A stretch of 63,015 nt of DNA, filler included, from Vannella sp. (GCA_023345925.1; 7 parts of 7 records of this genome joined end to end with filler, not necessarily neighbours in it); one strand, 5' to 3'; shown: positions 45,135-58,683, counted from the whole stretch's first letter. Translations and numbers: made by a program. The notes: generated from the sequence alone by a model not told the origin.

Positions 45135-48100
45135 TTATTCTGAAGAAAAGGGGAGTTTCCCAACCCGTTCCAGGATGAAGTGAAGGCATTTCCTCACAGA
45201 AAGTTCTTTGACAGTTATCAGGTCGCAAAGATCCTTGTAGAGGTGCGGGAGGTGTTCCTCAAACTGTCCGGGTGGTTGAGATTTCAAAACCGCAATGTTC
45301 CATTAGTCTTACCTGGTGATCATGAAGTGAATGAATCCCTTTGAGACATTGCAAAAGGATTGGAACCTTAGAATCTGAGTAAATTTGCGGAAGGGCTTCT
45401 GGAGGGTCATCCACAAGCTTGTAGTCTTCTATGATGACCTTCACAAGGCTTTGGTACAAAGATGAGCCTCTCTGGCATAAGGTAGTGATCACGCTCACCG
45501 TAAAATGGTATTCTGAACTAAAGCGCTCCTTTCCTCATCTTCGTTGGAATAAAGGTCCAGGAGATTGCCCAAAAGAGTTCCACAGCTCGAGTTCTCTGCC
45601 TCAACAAGCAAGGACATGATTTCTTCTGAATGTCAAAGGAGAGAAGATGAAGAACAGTCGGGATCACTCACCTGATTTTCCAGTAGCTTTCCAGATGGCA
45701 GGTTTGGCGTTCAGAGTCTTGGCAAAGTTGTAGTTATCTTCTAGGATCTCCAGAAGCACCAAAACATTCTGATTGTTTATCCTCGAAGCGTGAGAGGCCA
45801 TAATGTCGCGAATAGATGAGAGGAGCAAGAGTTGCACTCTGCATTTACCAGAGACAATCTTAACATCCAGCGGGCGGTGTTTGGCTGGTCGTCCTGCTCG
45901 AAGTTTATCCAAAAGTGTCGTCTCTTGAGCGCTATCAAGAGCTTCGCTCTCTTCAATTGCTTCAATCGAGTCACTTTTTGGCTTCTTTGGTAAGCCAATA
46001 GATAGCAGCTCGCAGCACATTTTCTCTCCAAGTATAAACCGGAGAGCCGAGGCAACACACTCCCATTGTTGGTGAGTCCATTTCTCGCCGTTGGAGAGAA
46101 TGAATTGAAGGAGACAGGTGGAACCGATAGAAGAAAGGAGGAAGTTCTCTTGCAACACAAAGGATGACAGGAGCACCAAAAAGTCTTCTGCAAGGAACTG
46201 GATCTGATCGAAAAAGTAGGAGAACAGTTCGATCATGTGCTCCAGCGCTCCCAGGAAGGTGCTGGTAACCCATTCTGTTGTGTTCATGAGTTGGCCTTGG
46301 GAGGAAGCAGTGGTTGTTAGAACTTCAGAGAAGACTCCCAAAAGAACTTTTCGGAAGGTGAGTTCCCAAAGCTCTTTTGAAAAAAGGTCGCCGTGTTTGA
46401 GCAGCACATTGAAGAGGCGATCAAGGGCAGAGGTGCGAACATCAATATGAGGGTGGTGAATCACCTCTGCTAATCCGATTAGGATTGGCATCCAATGGCG
46501 GAGATGCAACTCTTCAGTAGAGAATGAAAGTCGGCTGTCATCGTCTTCTCCTGGCAGAACTCTTCCTTCCGCCAGCTGTTTGGCGCAGAATCCAATCGAC
46601 TCGATGGCCCTGATGCTGACTTCTTTGAAGTTGATATTTGCTGCAAAGGCGGTGAGACATTGGATGCATTCCACAAAGAAGGATGTTGCCACCAAGGGGA
46701 AGTATTCTTGCATTATCTTCTCTTGCATCTGATACGCCAGGAAGACGATGGCTTGCTTATCTCCTGATGCAACAAAAGTAAAAACCATAAAGATACTCTT
46801 CCAACCTGATCGGATGTTGTGTGCCCGCGCCATTATCATTTGAGACAGGCAACTCACAACCAACTCACGGATTTGAACATGTTCGCTGTTGGCAACGATG
46901 TGCTCGAAGGGCTTGAGAAAATCTTTCTGAAAGTGGTAATTGGCTAGTTCGTCCTTCTCAAGGAACTTCATGGAGAGTTGGCGCAGCGAGTCAACTGCAT
47001 ACATGGCGACCTGCAAATTGCTGTGACAACCTATGTCCTTGAAGTGACCAGCCATGATACCCCAAATTCGGGTCCAAACAAAGCGAATACGTTCCATATT
47101 GTAATAGGCCACTTCAATGAGTTTTTGGAGGCTGAAAGTGCGCAGCTGCCCGGATCCGCTGACTTCTTGGAGAGAAGTGTCACACAAGCATTGTACGAAG
47201 TCAACAATGGCATTATCGCTCAAGTGGATTGTGTGAGAAAAGATCCTGTCAATCTCCTCGAGGTCAATGTGGTCCATCACAGCCGAGGCGTTCAGGCCAG
47301 TAAATTCACTTCCTACTGTGGGAAGGGCAGAAGTGTTGTTGAGGAGAGCCAGAGAAGCAAGTCGGTTATCATTGAGAGAGGAGGGAGGAGGAGTTCCAGC
47401 AGTTGAAATCTGCTCCATATGTCGCAGGGAAGAGCCCAGAATCTGCATTTTAGATAGCTGTGAAATACAGTTGAGGACTTGAGCCCAGGAGCCCTGTAGG
47501 TAGTCGCCATCCTCATAAGCAGTCTTAATGAGGCACTGGATCGCGTCAATGTTTTTCCTCTTCATCTCCCTCAGGTTGGAAAGGAGAGTGAATTGGGAGA
47601 GAGAAGTGACAAACGCGTTCCGTTCTGTTTCCATGTAAAAGATAGAAGCCACTTGGATTGCACAACGGAACCCCTCCAAACAGAGAGAGTATACTTCATG
47701 CTCTGAATCAGAGGATACCTCCAAATTCATGGAAAACGCAGCCAACATCGGACACCAGGACATTGAGAACATTGGTTTGACGTGCTGAACATTCGTCGAC
47801 TGGAAGAACGTCTCTTTTGCCTCCAGTTTCTCTTCGATAATCTCCTGGGATCGTTTGACAATGCTCTCTGTCTCCTTAAGGAAAAGGATCTTCTGTTGTT
47901 CAGGTGTGAGAAGCGTTGCTGGAGTTGGGTTCAGGCCTGGTGGATCATCACGTGTCTTCAAAGGGTGCTTGCTCACTGTCTTATACACTTGAAGAAGGAA
48001 GTGTTCGGGGAAATCCTTTCCATCATTCATTCCACGGTTATTCTTGATCCATTCCGCCTGAGAGATCTTATTCTTGATTGCATACGAGTGTAGGTCTGTC

Positions 48101-50577
48101 GCCAACATGATCATGTGATAAGCAAAGATATAAACTGCGTCAGCATTAGCAAAAATAAACTCTTGGCCTTCTTGCTGTGCTTTTTCGACGTCTTGTCCAT
48201 CAGAGGGCCTGTTATCGTGATAATAGCGCTCCGCAAACTTTTCCATTATCACGTCTATCTTCTGTCCTTCGCCAGGAAGACGGAATCCAAGGAGGAATCG
48301 CGATAGGGCAGTGTAGATCTCCATATTTTCGAAGCGTTGGAGGTCCACATATTCGTATAGCACTGACTTGCAGAAGGGGTCGCTGATATTTCCCAGATAC
48401 TCTCCTATTTGAATCAAGTCTAGGCCCTCGGCATTCAGAAGCCAAGTTGCCACATCCTTGGGTGTTCGTTGGACGTACCCGACTTCAACAAGAAAGTCGA
48501 TTCCTTTCGATGGCTTTGAGTTGAAGATCTTTTTTGCTCGTTCTACTTGATGCTTCCGCTGCTTCTGTTGGGTGAATGCGTCGGCATCATCCTCTACGGT
48601 AGTGCTCACGCCATCTTCGGAGTGGATGTGAGGAAGAGAGTGTGTCTGTCGGACTCCAGATCCTCCTTCTTCTGCATTTTGTTCTGGTTGCAACTCGGCA
48701 CTCCACAAGGCCAAAGAGCGCATGATAGTCACCAGGCAATCCAAGGCAAGAACTCTCACTGCACCGCCATTCTGCGAGGAAACTACTGCAGAATGAGAGG
48801 TCAATCCCTTTGCGATACTGGAAATCTCATTCACCATCCTCTCAAAGATATCAACCGACTCCACATGACAGTCATAATTCAGGAAGAGGTCCACCAACAT
48901 TTGAGGCTGCTGGCAAATCTCCTGGAGCAGCTGAAGAATTGCTTGACGTTGTGCCATGGATGAATGTGTGGTGCCCAGAATGCGCAAAAGTATCTTTGCA
49001 AAGAACACGCCAATCTCTGTCTTGAGATTGTCCTTAAAGCCAACAATAAGAGAGCTGAAAACACGTAGAGACACCCGGAATATCCGAATAAACGGGGAAA
49101 CTCCATTGATAAGGAGAGACATGAAGAGGAACTTCTTGATTGCGGTGTTGATGAATTGAACATTCTTCTTCAGCTCAGGCCCCGCATTCTCGAGGATGTT
49201 TTGAAGTAATTCCAGTGCAAGAACCTTCCTCCGCATGTCAATCGAGTCGTTGGGAGCGCTGCTCATTTCAATTAGTCGCCCTTCAAAAAGGAGGGGGAAA
49301 GAGTTCTTACGAGGGAGTTAATTCCTTCATGGACAGCTTGCAAAGCGCCCTAAAGGATAAAAAGGCATCGACATACGCCGTGTTCAACTTGTTCTTGAGC
49401 GCAGGAGCGATGAAATCGGGCACTGTCAATTGATATTCTGGCTTCAGGTTGACTGCTTGCTCGTCTTCCTCCTCCTCGTGAGAGACAACGGTTTCTAGGA
49501 GCGAGGTTCGACGAAGAGTTGCTGGACTTGGAGGTGGAAGATCATCTTCATTCGCCAGCGCCGATAGCAACTCTGGATAGAGGACTGACGCTGGAGCTAC
49601 TGGAACCTGCTCCAGGGGAGCTGATTGCTCTTCAGGGACTTCAACAGAGGTCCCATGATGTTCTGCAATCGCTGCCTGTACCTTTATAGAAGCGTTCTGA
49701 GAAAGGATGAGCTGAATGGAGTGACCAGAAGAGACAAACAAACCTCAAGGCGCTGGAAGATGACGTTCAGCATTTGAGAGAGAGTGGCTTTGGCGGTCAT
49801 TTGAGTGACAGACGATCGGCTGATAAGGTAAATGTTAAAGCACGCCCGGATGGCGTTCATCAGAGGCCGTTCGTGTATCCGGCAGATGGGCGAGGACACC
49901 GCTGTGAGGAAAGCTTTGATGATTTGGATCTGGACGTTGTCGTCCTCAAAGTCAAAGCACTCCCCGATCGTCCCGATCACCTTCTCCATAAGCTTCTGCT
50001 CTGGCTTCTCGTGGTCCTTGATAGAAGGGCGAATGAAGCCATATGCCATCAGTTTCTACAGCTTTGATCAGTTCTTGAGGCGTGGTGAAGGAGAGCTTCC
50101 TCACTTGGAGACAATCCAGACCAGTGGAGATGATGGACGCTGTCTCAGACTGACAAGCCAAGCGGAGGGTGATCACCAGCTTGTTGAGAACTTTGTCCAC
50201 TTGCTCTCTATTCCCCAGACTGGTCAGAAAGGACACTACAGGCAAGGGGAGATGACACGAACATGTGTTCTTTGGTGTCGTTTGTGGTGGGAGTGACTCC
50301 GTGTCTTTTGATGAGCTCTAAGATAGTCACCAGAGAAAGGTGATGCGTCAGTCTGTGATGAGATCTCCGCTCTGTACGAACCTAGCGTGGTGTGACACGA
50401 CTCCCGAAGGCGGGTGGTACGTCGAGTGTTGGCTTCAGCGAAGATGGAGCGAAGAGCGCGTTGAAGGAACATCTCCATGGTGCTTTGGTTCTCCGTCTGC
50501 ACTCTGGTAGTCTCATCGCCCTTCTCTGAGGGCTTTTGGCTCTCCTCCGACAGCCCACCCGCAGAGGGCTCCACCAT
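45135..50577 (-). CDS. Large ArfGEF, BIG/Sec7 subfamily
   Basis: DCB domain (VQIQIIKAFLT...TAKATLSQM), HUS box (FLNYDC), Sec7 domain (FRLPGEGQKID...MLATDLH), HDS domains (FSLQKLIEVAYYNMERIR, NIRSGWK); multi-exon. Confidence 0.95.
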
Positions 50578-50783
50578 CGCCCAAAAGCTAAAAAATGGTC
50601 CAATTTCGTGATGGAAACCTCCGAAAGCAGCCATTTCTCGTTCTCAAAGGATAGCTCCTGCAGGAGGACAGGTTGGCCTTGAAGCTGACAGAATGGGAGG
50701 AGGAGAGGGAGTAGAGGAAGCAGACATCGGTTAGCGCGTTCATGAGCATGGGAGAAGAAAAGAGGTGAGGCAGGGGTGTCGGT

Positions 50784-52329
50784 TTATTGGTTGGCGTGCA
50801 TGAGGAAGTCGTCCTCGACAACTTGGTCCTTGAGTACTTCGTAGTAGGTGGTAAGATCGCGTCGCTTGAGATACTTGTAAAGACGTCTCCTTTTTGATAT
50901 TGTGATTCGTAGACGGCGCTTGGCGTTCTGATCCTTTCGGTGGACAGCGCAATGCTCCTCCAAGTGTCGCACCTTGGTGTTCAGCATGCACAGTTGGACA
51001 GCAGTGTTCCCAGAATCGTTGGGCTTTGCCCCAAACTTCTTGACTGAGTCCTCAAAGCGGGCTCTCTGTTCCACGAGGGTGAGGGAAGGGAGGTCGAAAG
51101 GGGAGGGAGAGTGGTTACCTTGATCTCTGTGAGGGAGGCATAGGTGTAAGAGATGACTTTCTTGATCTTGTCGGAGAGTTGTAACTCCTCCACCATCTCA
51201 GGAGTGATCCCAAAGCGGTATCTTCCAACCAAGTCTGCGGGAATACGTGTTCGCTCTGGAGGAGGATTGTAGGCGCGCTTGACTGTTCTCTTTGAGCTCT
51301 CTGGAAGACCAACCACGCGGAATGTGTAAGCAGGAAGGACGATGTCCGTGTCGATTGCTCGTCGGTAGCTGTGTATGTCCAGCTCTGCGTCAATTTGGTT
51401 GAATTGGACCCACTCGCCATTGTCGTTGTAGAATCCCTTGCCCACAAGGGCACCATGAGCATCTACCATCCACTTGCGCAAGGGCGGCTCGGCAAACTTC
51501 TTCAAAGTGACGCGGACTTCTTCATCCTTGACGTAGTTATCACTTTGGACCTGGAGCTTGCGATTGAACTTCTCAAAGAAGCTCTCGTTCGTCGGCTTGG
51601 TCTCATCGTCGATGGGTTTCCCGTACAGTTCTTGAAGAAGAGAATCGCGATCGATCTCAGGGCGTCGTCGGATCTCTCGTCTGATGTTTGAAGCATCGTC
51701 TTCGTTCAAGCTTGCACGTGGGGTAGTTCCAGGCTCCAGGAACTGATTCGCCTCAACGTCTTGCGTGAGAGCGTTCATTCTCTGGGTATTCATTACTGCA
51801 CTGGCGTTCAATACTGGATCACCAAGTGGGAGAATGCTATCTATGATAGGATCTTGGTCGAGTTGCTGGCGAAGGATCCTGTAGTTGTTCTTCCACATGT
51901 CGGGGTCACTCAACAGCTTCTCTGCGACATCAGCAGGGATGGCTCGCGGGACTCGTTGGATTCTGATTAACGGTTCTTTTGTTCGCGTATCATCTGACTC
52001 GTGGGACTCTGAGTCTTGGAAGCTGCGGTGGAGTATGTCGTATTCATTGGTTTGGTTTGCCATTGGTCCACCGTCCGAGTTAGAGTCAGCCACAACGTCA
52101 TCTTGGTCAATACCAGCATCCATCAAGAGCTCCATAAACTTGTCATCGATGACGTTCTTCTTCTCATCCGCAAAAAAGCGGCGCGACAACAACGGTGCAG
52201 ACCCTACATCCCTACGTCAGCCCTAATCAACTTCCTCAGGGGTATGCCCTTACAAGGTTGTCTTCCCAAGACCCCAAGAGGACGGGATCGCATCCCAAGC
52301 GAGAAGAAGGCGCGCGCGGTGTGCGCCAT
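50784..52329 (-). CDS. Mitochondrial ribosomal protein uS15m with long N-terminal extension
   Basis: Presequence MAHTARAFFSLGMRSRP...LSRRFF; two introns; C-terminal S15 domain NDSGNTAVQ...LEEH...HRKDQNAKRRL...KRRRLYKYLKRRD. Confidence 0.87.
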
Positions 52330-52409
52330 CGAATGGCAAAATGATCATTCAATAATCAATATTATTTTATGATATATTATTGAAGAGAGGACGCTCCTTT
52401 GAAAGGTTA

Positions 52410-54592
52410 TTATTTGACATCTTCCTCCGATGTGAGACGCTCCTCAACATCGCCCTGCTTTGAAGGAGTGTTGGGGGTGGGGACAGAGGACAAGGGGATG
52501 CCCAATTGTACAAAAGAAGGAGCGCGCTTGGGAGGGTTGGGGCGTCGGACCACTTCTGTGGTGGAGCTGGAGCGAGGGCGTTGTAGAGTGACGAATGGGG
52601 ACAGGTCTTGACTACGGTGGGGCCTGGGAGGCAGGATACGTGCCTTTGGGAGAGGTGAAGGCGGTGATCCGGTATCGCTTGTGGGTTTGGGAGGCAGAGA
52701 CAGGCGGGAGGGAGGACGGTGTGGTTTGACCATTTTGGTGACTATCGGTGAGGCTCTGCTGGGAGATAAGCACTCTGGGGTGACCGAAATATCTGAAGTA
52801 TCATCTGATCGATCTTCTTCCGACTCTACGAGATTCTCAGAGGACTGGACGGCACTCTGAAGTGTTACTTGATCCTCCTCCACCTCCTTCTCAAGAACGG
52901 CTTCTTCCAGAGACAGGCTGACGATCTCAACCGCTGTTGGAACGACATCAATATCAGCAGTAAGAGGTTCAGTGGAGGGAGACGCGGCTGGAGCGCCCTG
53001 AGCAGAAGAAGGACGCGTCCCTGTCTCAAAGTAGTGCTGAAGAATGCTCTCCACCAGGCTAATACCGAACCTGGTGTCCTCCAGACCTTCCATTGCACCG
53101 AGGCTGACGTACACAGGACCGGCAGAGGTGGCAGAATCGGAGGCGCCGATCATCCCAGGACCCCACACAATCGCGCAGTTCTTTGAGTTCATCATGTTGG
53201 CCTGTTGTAGACTCACCACGTCCAATAGCATGCAGATCAGCCAGTGGAACAAGCGCTTGTCCATCTCCGAGAGAAGGTTGTCGCAGTGAAGAATGTCCCT
53301 CTCACAATCCTCCCTGGCTACTTGTGCAAAGATTCTCGTCGGGAGCTGTTTGTACCATCTCTAGACTCCGTGTCAGGAGAGCTGGCCCAGAAGACTCGGG
53401 AGAGAGCGCACCTTCATCAATGTGGCCAACGAATGCTGGTCCAGCGACTGGAATGGCTCCCCGCTCTCGATCTTACCGCGGAGGATAACCATCTCACTCT
53501 CCAGCCCAGCTTTACGGAAGATGCCTTCCTGTGAGAATCCGTCCAAAGCCTTGATCATGTCGCGTAGCATGACCAGAATCTCTGGCACTTCGATCCCATT
53601 CTCTGTTCTGAGGGTGAGTGTTGGATCTATGGAGTGGCCTCCCGATGGACTCACCTGGATCACGTAGCATGGGAAGGGTGGAAGGATCAGTCCCAAACCA
53701 AAGACGAGGATCCCTCTTCTTCCGGCCAAGTTCCAGTCGGGCTGGCTTGGGAAGGGGAAAGTCGGCCAGAGTCCAATCGTGCTGCATCTCAGCGGTCTCC
53801 CCCGCCACATTGAGAAGAAGCACAAAAAACCATTTGCTCTCTCGAACGTTCGCTTTTTCAAGGAAATGGACGACGACCGTCTCGAACGTGTCCGTAGGAG
53901 TGAAGTTGAAGGCTTTGGTCAGGTTGAACTCAGCGGAAGTGATGATTAAGGTGATCTGAGTGCCTGTGACCTCCGCCCAGGCTTGGCTTTGAGCCTGGGC
54001 TCGGTGGAAGAGGAGAATGTCCTCCCTTTTGATCCTGTACGAGGCCAGAGTCCGGCTGTAGTCCATACGAATACCATTGGCTGGTATGTGTTCGCGAGCA
54101 GGGTTGGTAAGCAGGAAAATGTCGTGTTCGGGAGTGACGTCGTCCATCGCCACGCGAGAGGCTCCAGAGTACTCAGAGCTCTGAAAGTTGTTGATTTCTA
54201 CGAAGAGGACGACTTCCTTAACAGTAAGAAAGGGATCCAAGCCGAAGAGAACGGCCTTCTCCCCGCCCAACTGCTCGACCAGAAGGTGCGTGAGCGTTTT
54301 TCGGAAGGCAAAGCCACTCTGGGCTTGGTGAGAAAGGGGAAATAGTAGGTGAAGATACTTGTCTACGTACAGAAGGGATCTTGGCGACGCGAGTCTCTGG
54401 GTTAGAGAAGACAATGGAAGGATCCTCCTCCATCGACAAGCCGAACTTCTCCCCAAGCTCCCCGCCTCTCACACACACCGGTCTCTGCCCTAGTATGTGA
54501 AGGACCTGCCCCACAGTAGTGCTGGAGTTCACATTGAGCTTGATTGAGGTTTGCTCCTCCAAAAGGGAGATGGAAACCACCTTCCCGCTCAT
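52410..54592 (-). CDS. RhoGAP with N-terminal ubiquitin-like (FERM F0/RA-like) folds and a Pro-rich tail
   Basis: VPEILVML...EGIFRKAG (arginine finger)...HSLATLMK...NMMNSKNCAIVWGP. N-terminal beta-grasp-like repeats (KLNVNSSTTVGQVL; DYSRTLASY; HDWTLADF). Start codon uncertain. Confidence 0.85.
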
Positions 54593-54768
54593 CGGGGACG
54601 AGATTAATGCTCTTTTTGGGACTTTTGGATGAGCTTGGATCCTTTCCACCCATCCCTTTCCTTCAGGTTTCTCTCATCAAACCGAAATGTCCGTTAGAGG
54701 AGGTCTTTGAAAAGGGACGGACCGTTGCTCCTGCTTGAATGGGATCTGGAGGGACACAAAACAGGTGT

Positions 54769-57718
54769 TTAATGGAAGGAGACCTGGGCTGAGAGGCTGA
54801 GGACGAATGAAGCTATCGAGCGGAAGAGGTGCTGGGAAGGGATTGGATCATGTTGCAGGAAAAGGAGAAGTTCTGTGAACATCTCGTTTGCGAGGGTCCA
54901 TTGCTCATAAAGGCACCCGATGTATTCACTTTCTGGAAGTGAAGACAGTGTTAGAAGGGAAGAGCAAAGGGAAGGGAAGGCAGCGTACCTTGTTCTCGTC
55001 GAACAGTGAGAAGATCCAAGAACATCTCGTCTGTTATGGGACGAGCGAGTTCTTCTACTTGCTTCTTCTTCTCAGAAAGCTGTGAGAGATTTGCTTGGAC
55101 GGCCAGGAGATCGGTCGAGGCAGCATCGTTGAGGGCAGAAAGCTCCACAGAAAGGTCTTCGAGCAGGTTAGGACGTTTGGATGCCAGAGAAGAAAGTGCT
55201 GAGCTAAGACAAAAAAAGCCTGCGCCTGATAGATTGCAAACTTGTGCCAATGCATTGACGTGGATCCCGCTAGCCATAGCTCGAAGGTTGCCCCGATTTT
55301 GCTCATTCCCAGCCTTGACAACGGCAGTCAAGCTATCTTTCAGTGCAATAGACTCCCGAATTTGCTGGCATTCAACATTAGATGATAAAGGAAAGAAAAG
55401 GAGAAGCGCACCCGCGTTGCTTCGATAATAGAGTCCAAATGAGTCTCGATGACGGCCGCCTCGTTTCCAAAGTTGGTCACAAATTGCCAGTACAAAAGCC
55501 TTTCAGATAGGTTGGGAATGGCTTCTTTCAGATCCCTGATGAGTTGTCCCTCTCCGGATAACTGGCGGCTGGTAAGTGATTTGGGAGGAAAAGAAAAGAA
55601 GGAAAAGACTTACCAGAGAGCAGAGGTAACCCATTTGGTCAGGAGTGAGAGCGTCATCATCTAGTAAGCGTATGGAGAAGAGTAAACTTTCCGTGTCTGG
55701 AAGTTCTACAGGAGGCCAGGGAGCCAGTTTCTCTGAGGGCAATTGGTCCCACATGCTCTCCCCACTAATGGACGGTTGCTCTTGCGGAAGGATGTGCCAA
55801 GCAAGAATAGAAGAGCCCTCATTGGTGGAATCTGCGTCTCCCAGTGAGGGCAATTGATCCACCATCGAAGAGATCTGGTCAATGGACCGGAACGCCTTTT
55901 CTTCCTCCTTTAAAGGAGCGCTCAAGCCATCGTACTTGATGGTGATGACTTCCTCCACTTGAATCGGCAGGAAATACTCCAGCCTTGTGGCCGAATAGGC
56001 AACGCCACAGTCCCTCAGAAGAATCTCTTGTCGAGAAGGGGAGCTTTCCGTTTCAAGAGAACGAGATACTTCGCCAAGAGCCTCATCAATTGAGCCAGAC
56101 GCCAGAGGGGAAGGGCCAACTTGCTCTTTGAGTGTATCGTACTTTGACTTCATCAACTTAACGACTTGCGCCAATTTTTTCACGTTATTCACGGCCTCTT
56201 GTTGCTGAGAATTGGATTTCTTAAGCTCTGCCCGCTGTGATTCCACTTGCGCGTTCAAGTTGTTGACCGTCTCCTTAAAGTTGGCCCGTTCGACTTTCCA
56301 GTCAACCTCTTCCTCCTCCTCTTCCTCCTCCTCCTTCCTTGGTTTGGACTTGCGCGAGCGACTCTCGCTCTCTTCATTGTGGCGAGAGGGGGTTCGATGC
56401 TTCTTTGGCTTGCTCTTTGCAGTTCCACGAAGCTTTGCTTGGAGAATGCAGATTTGGTTTTCAAGCTCTGCGATGGTTCCAATCAAGTCCGTTTTGCCGT
56501 GAGAAGAAAGAGATAGTTCTGCTTCAATCAAGGTTAGCTGCTCAGCGTAGCGCTTCAGTGGCTGATAGGAGGAAGATGGAAGGAGTTCGCCAGAACGCAG
56601 TAACTCAGCCATTTTTCTTTGGGAGCGAGTCAACTCCTTCTTAAGGAGAGGAAATAGGGGCTGTTGGAATTCCTTGGCCTTCTTTCTGGTCTCTGGAAGT
56701 GCCACTCCCAGATTGACCTTAGTGAGTTGCTCATATTGACTTAATTGGGCTCGGAACGGCTCCGCTTCAATACCCAGAAGCCCCTAGAGTGTGTCAGATG
56801 GGTTCAAAAGAATGTGTCCTGTGCCACTCACTCGAATGGTCTGCTCCAGACCGAGCTTTCCGTTGATTAGCTCAATAAACTCCGCCTGGCCTTCAGTGGT
56901 GCCAGCAATCAGCGTATTAATCAAAGAAAGGCTGAACACTTGAGTGTCAAGGTCGCCTGACTCGAGCTTGTTGACAAGCAAGGCAAAGTCGCCTTCCCCT
57001 CCTCGGCATTTCGGATCCTGAGCGACCTCTTTGACTTGGGTCACGCCTTTCTCGTCGAACGTGCAGAGAAGAACAAGCAACTCGAGAGTTTGGCGCCCAA
57101 CAGTGACGTTAGAGGAGAGCAAGAGGAGGTAAAGCTGCTTCGCCAATCCTTCCGTCTCGATGAACAAGCGAATCCCTTCCAAGTGAAGCAGTGCAGAGTG
57201 GAGTGCGGCCAAAGCATACGATTGAGTGTTACCAACGCTTTCGGTACACGCGGACACCAACACAGGAATTCCTCCCTCCTTAATGAAGGCTTCCACAAAC
57301 CAATGGTTCTACGAAGAGTTAGACTGTTCCATGGCTTACAAGGGTCCCAAAGGCTTACCTCCAATCTGCTCTTAAGGTGAAACACCGTCTCCTTGACCTT
57401 CTTGTTCTCCTTAAGGAGCTGAACGATGTTTTGTGTGGCCAGTCTGGGGTGAAGGGACAACGAGAACCGCTCCACATCCCCTAGCAAATGAGTAGCAAGC
57501 AAGCGGTGATCATCTAGTGGTCGCTCGTCCTCTGTCAGGAGCGCAAGCTGCGTCAGGTTCTCAATGACGATGCCGCTCTCAGCAAACTGGGCGGCAATGG
57601 CACCGATGTGCTCCTCCACCGACAAAGAGAGGACACCAAAGTCATACTTTGTCTGAGGAGCCGCCTCCGCGCGCCTCTGCAAGCCATCGTCCTTGTGGAA
57701 GAAGATGTCCACCTTCAT
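54769..57718 (-). CDS. Formin-like protein (FHOD-type GBD/FH3 + coiled coil + divergent FH2)
   Basis: VFHLK...FVEAFIKEGGIPVL...NTQSYALAAL...RQTLELL (FHOD FH3-like). IPNLSERL...LTAVVKAGNEQNRG...ASGIHVNAL...FTELLLFLQHDP (FH2-like). Confidence 0.72.
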
Positions 57719-57807
57719 TCTCGCCCTCGTCACCCTTCCCACGAAAAATGAGGTTCCCCTGTTAGCGGTAGTGCTAATGTGAAGGGCTACTCCTCCTTAT
57801 TGCTTCG

Positions 57808-58683
57808 ATGACACCGAAAGGGAGGCTGCTGGCCGATGCTTTGTTCGGTTTGGCGGTGCTGGCGACGGTGGTGTCCTTGTATTTGGTGTATGATCATGTT
57901 AAGGATGAAGAGTCGTCCTTTTGTGATGTTGGAGCGGCGATCTCGTGCTCTAAAGTGCGTCGGAGCGCCTTCTCGGAGATCTTGCACGTTCCTGTTGCTG
58001 TATTTGGCTTCCTCTTCAACTGTGCAAGTGCGTATATGACGCTAAAGCTTCGTAGATCCCTCCAAGATACCCTACAAGGCCTCTACATGACAGGACTCTT
58101 CTACTGGAACGCTTTGGGCTGCCTCTTTATCTTCTACTTGATCGGAGCAGAGATCTACCTCCAAACCATCTGTCCGATGTGTACGGTGATCCACATCATT
58201 CAAATCTCATCCCTGATTGCCTCTTACTTGCTACACTACGAAGTAGCTTCCCTTCCCACCCTGAAGGAGACTCTCCTCTTCCTGCAAAGACCCCTGGCCG
58301 TCTTTGTAGCTGCTAGTCTTATTGCCTTCATTCTTTTCAACACCCTTTTGGCTCCAAACACCCTCACGGAGGCGGGAACTGGCGAGACTCGCCCAAGTGG
58401 AGCCTTTGGGCGCTGCTTGGAGCAAGCAGGTTGGGTTTGTTTCGGCCGAAGCGGGTGCTCTTGGTGTGATAAGCAGAAGCAGTTGTTCTCTCAACAGCCT
58501 AACGGCCCTCGCTTCGTTGATTGCCGGGAGAATGCACAAAAAGACTTTTGTGAGAAACATCAAGTGACCGCCTTCCCCACCTGGATTCAGATCGAGGATG
58601 GTGAAGAACGTAACAGGTGGAAGGGATACGCATCTGTAGAGACTCTTCACCACTTGTCTGATTGCCCCATTGCTGGCCTTTAG
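57808..58683 (+). CDS. VKOR-thioredoxin-like fusion
   Basis: VKOR loop cysteines CDVGAAISC and active-site CPMC, TM helices, then Trx-like FGRSGCSWCDKQKQLF...FVDC...C...FPTW; intronless. Confidence 0.9.
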   Translation: MTPKGRLLADALFGLAVLATVVSLYLVYDHVKDEESSFCDVGAAISCSKVRRSAFSEILHVPVAVFGFLFNCASAYMTLKLRRSLQDTLQGLYMTGLFYWNALGCLFIFYLIGAEIYLQTICPMCTVIHIIQISSLIASYLLHYEVASLPTLKETLLFLQRPLAVFVAASLIAFILFNTLLAPNTLTEAGTGETRPSGAFGRCLEQAGWVCFGRSGCSWCDKQKQLFSQQPNGPRFVDCRENAQKDFCEKHQVTAFPTWIQIEDGEERNRWKGYASVETLHHLSDCPIAGL

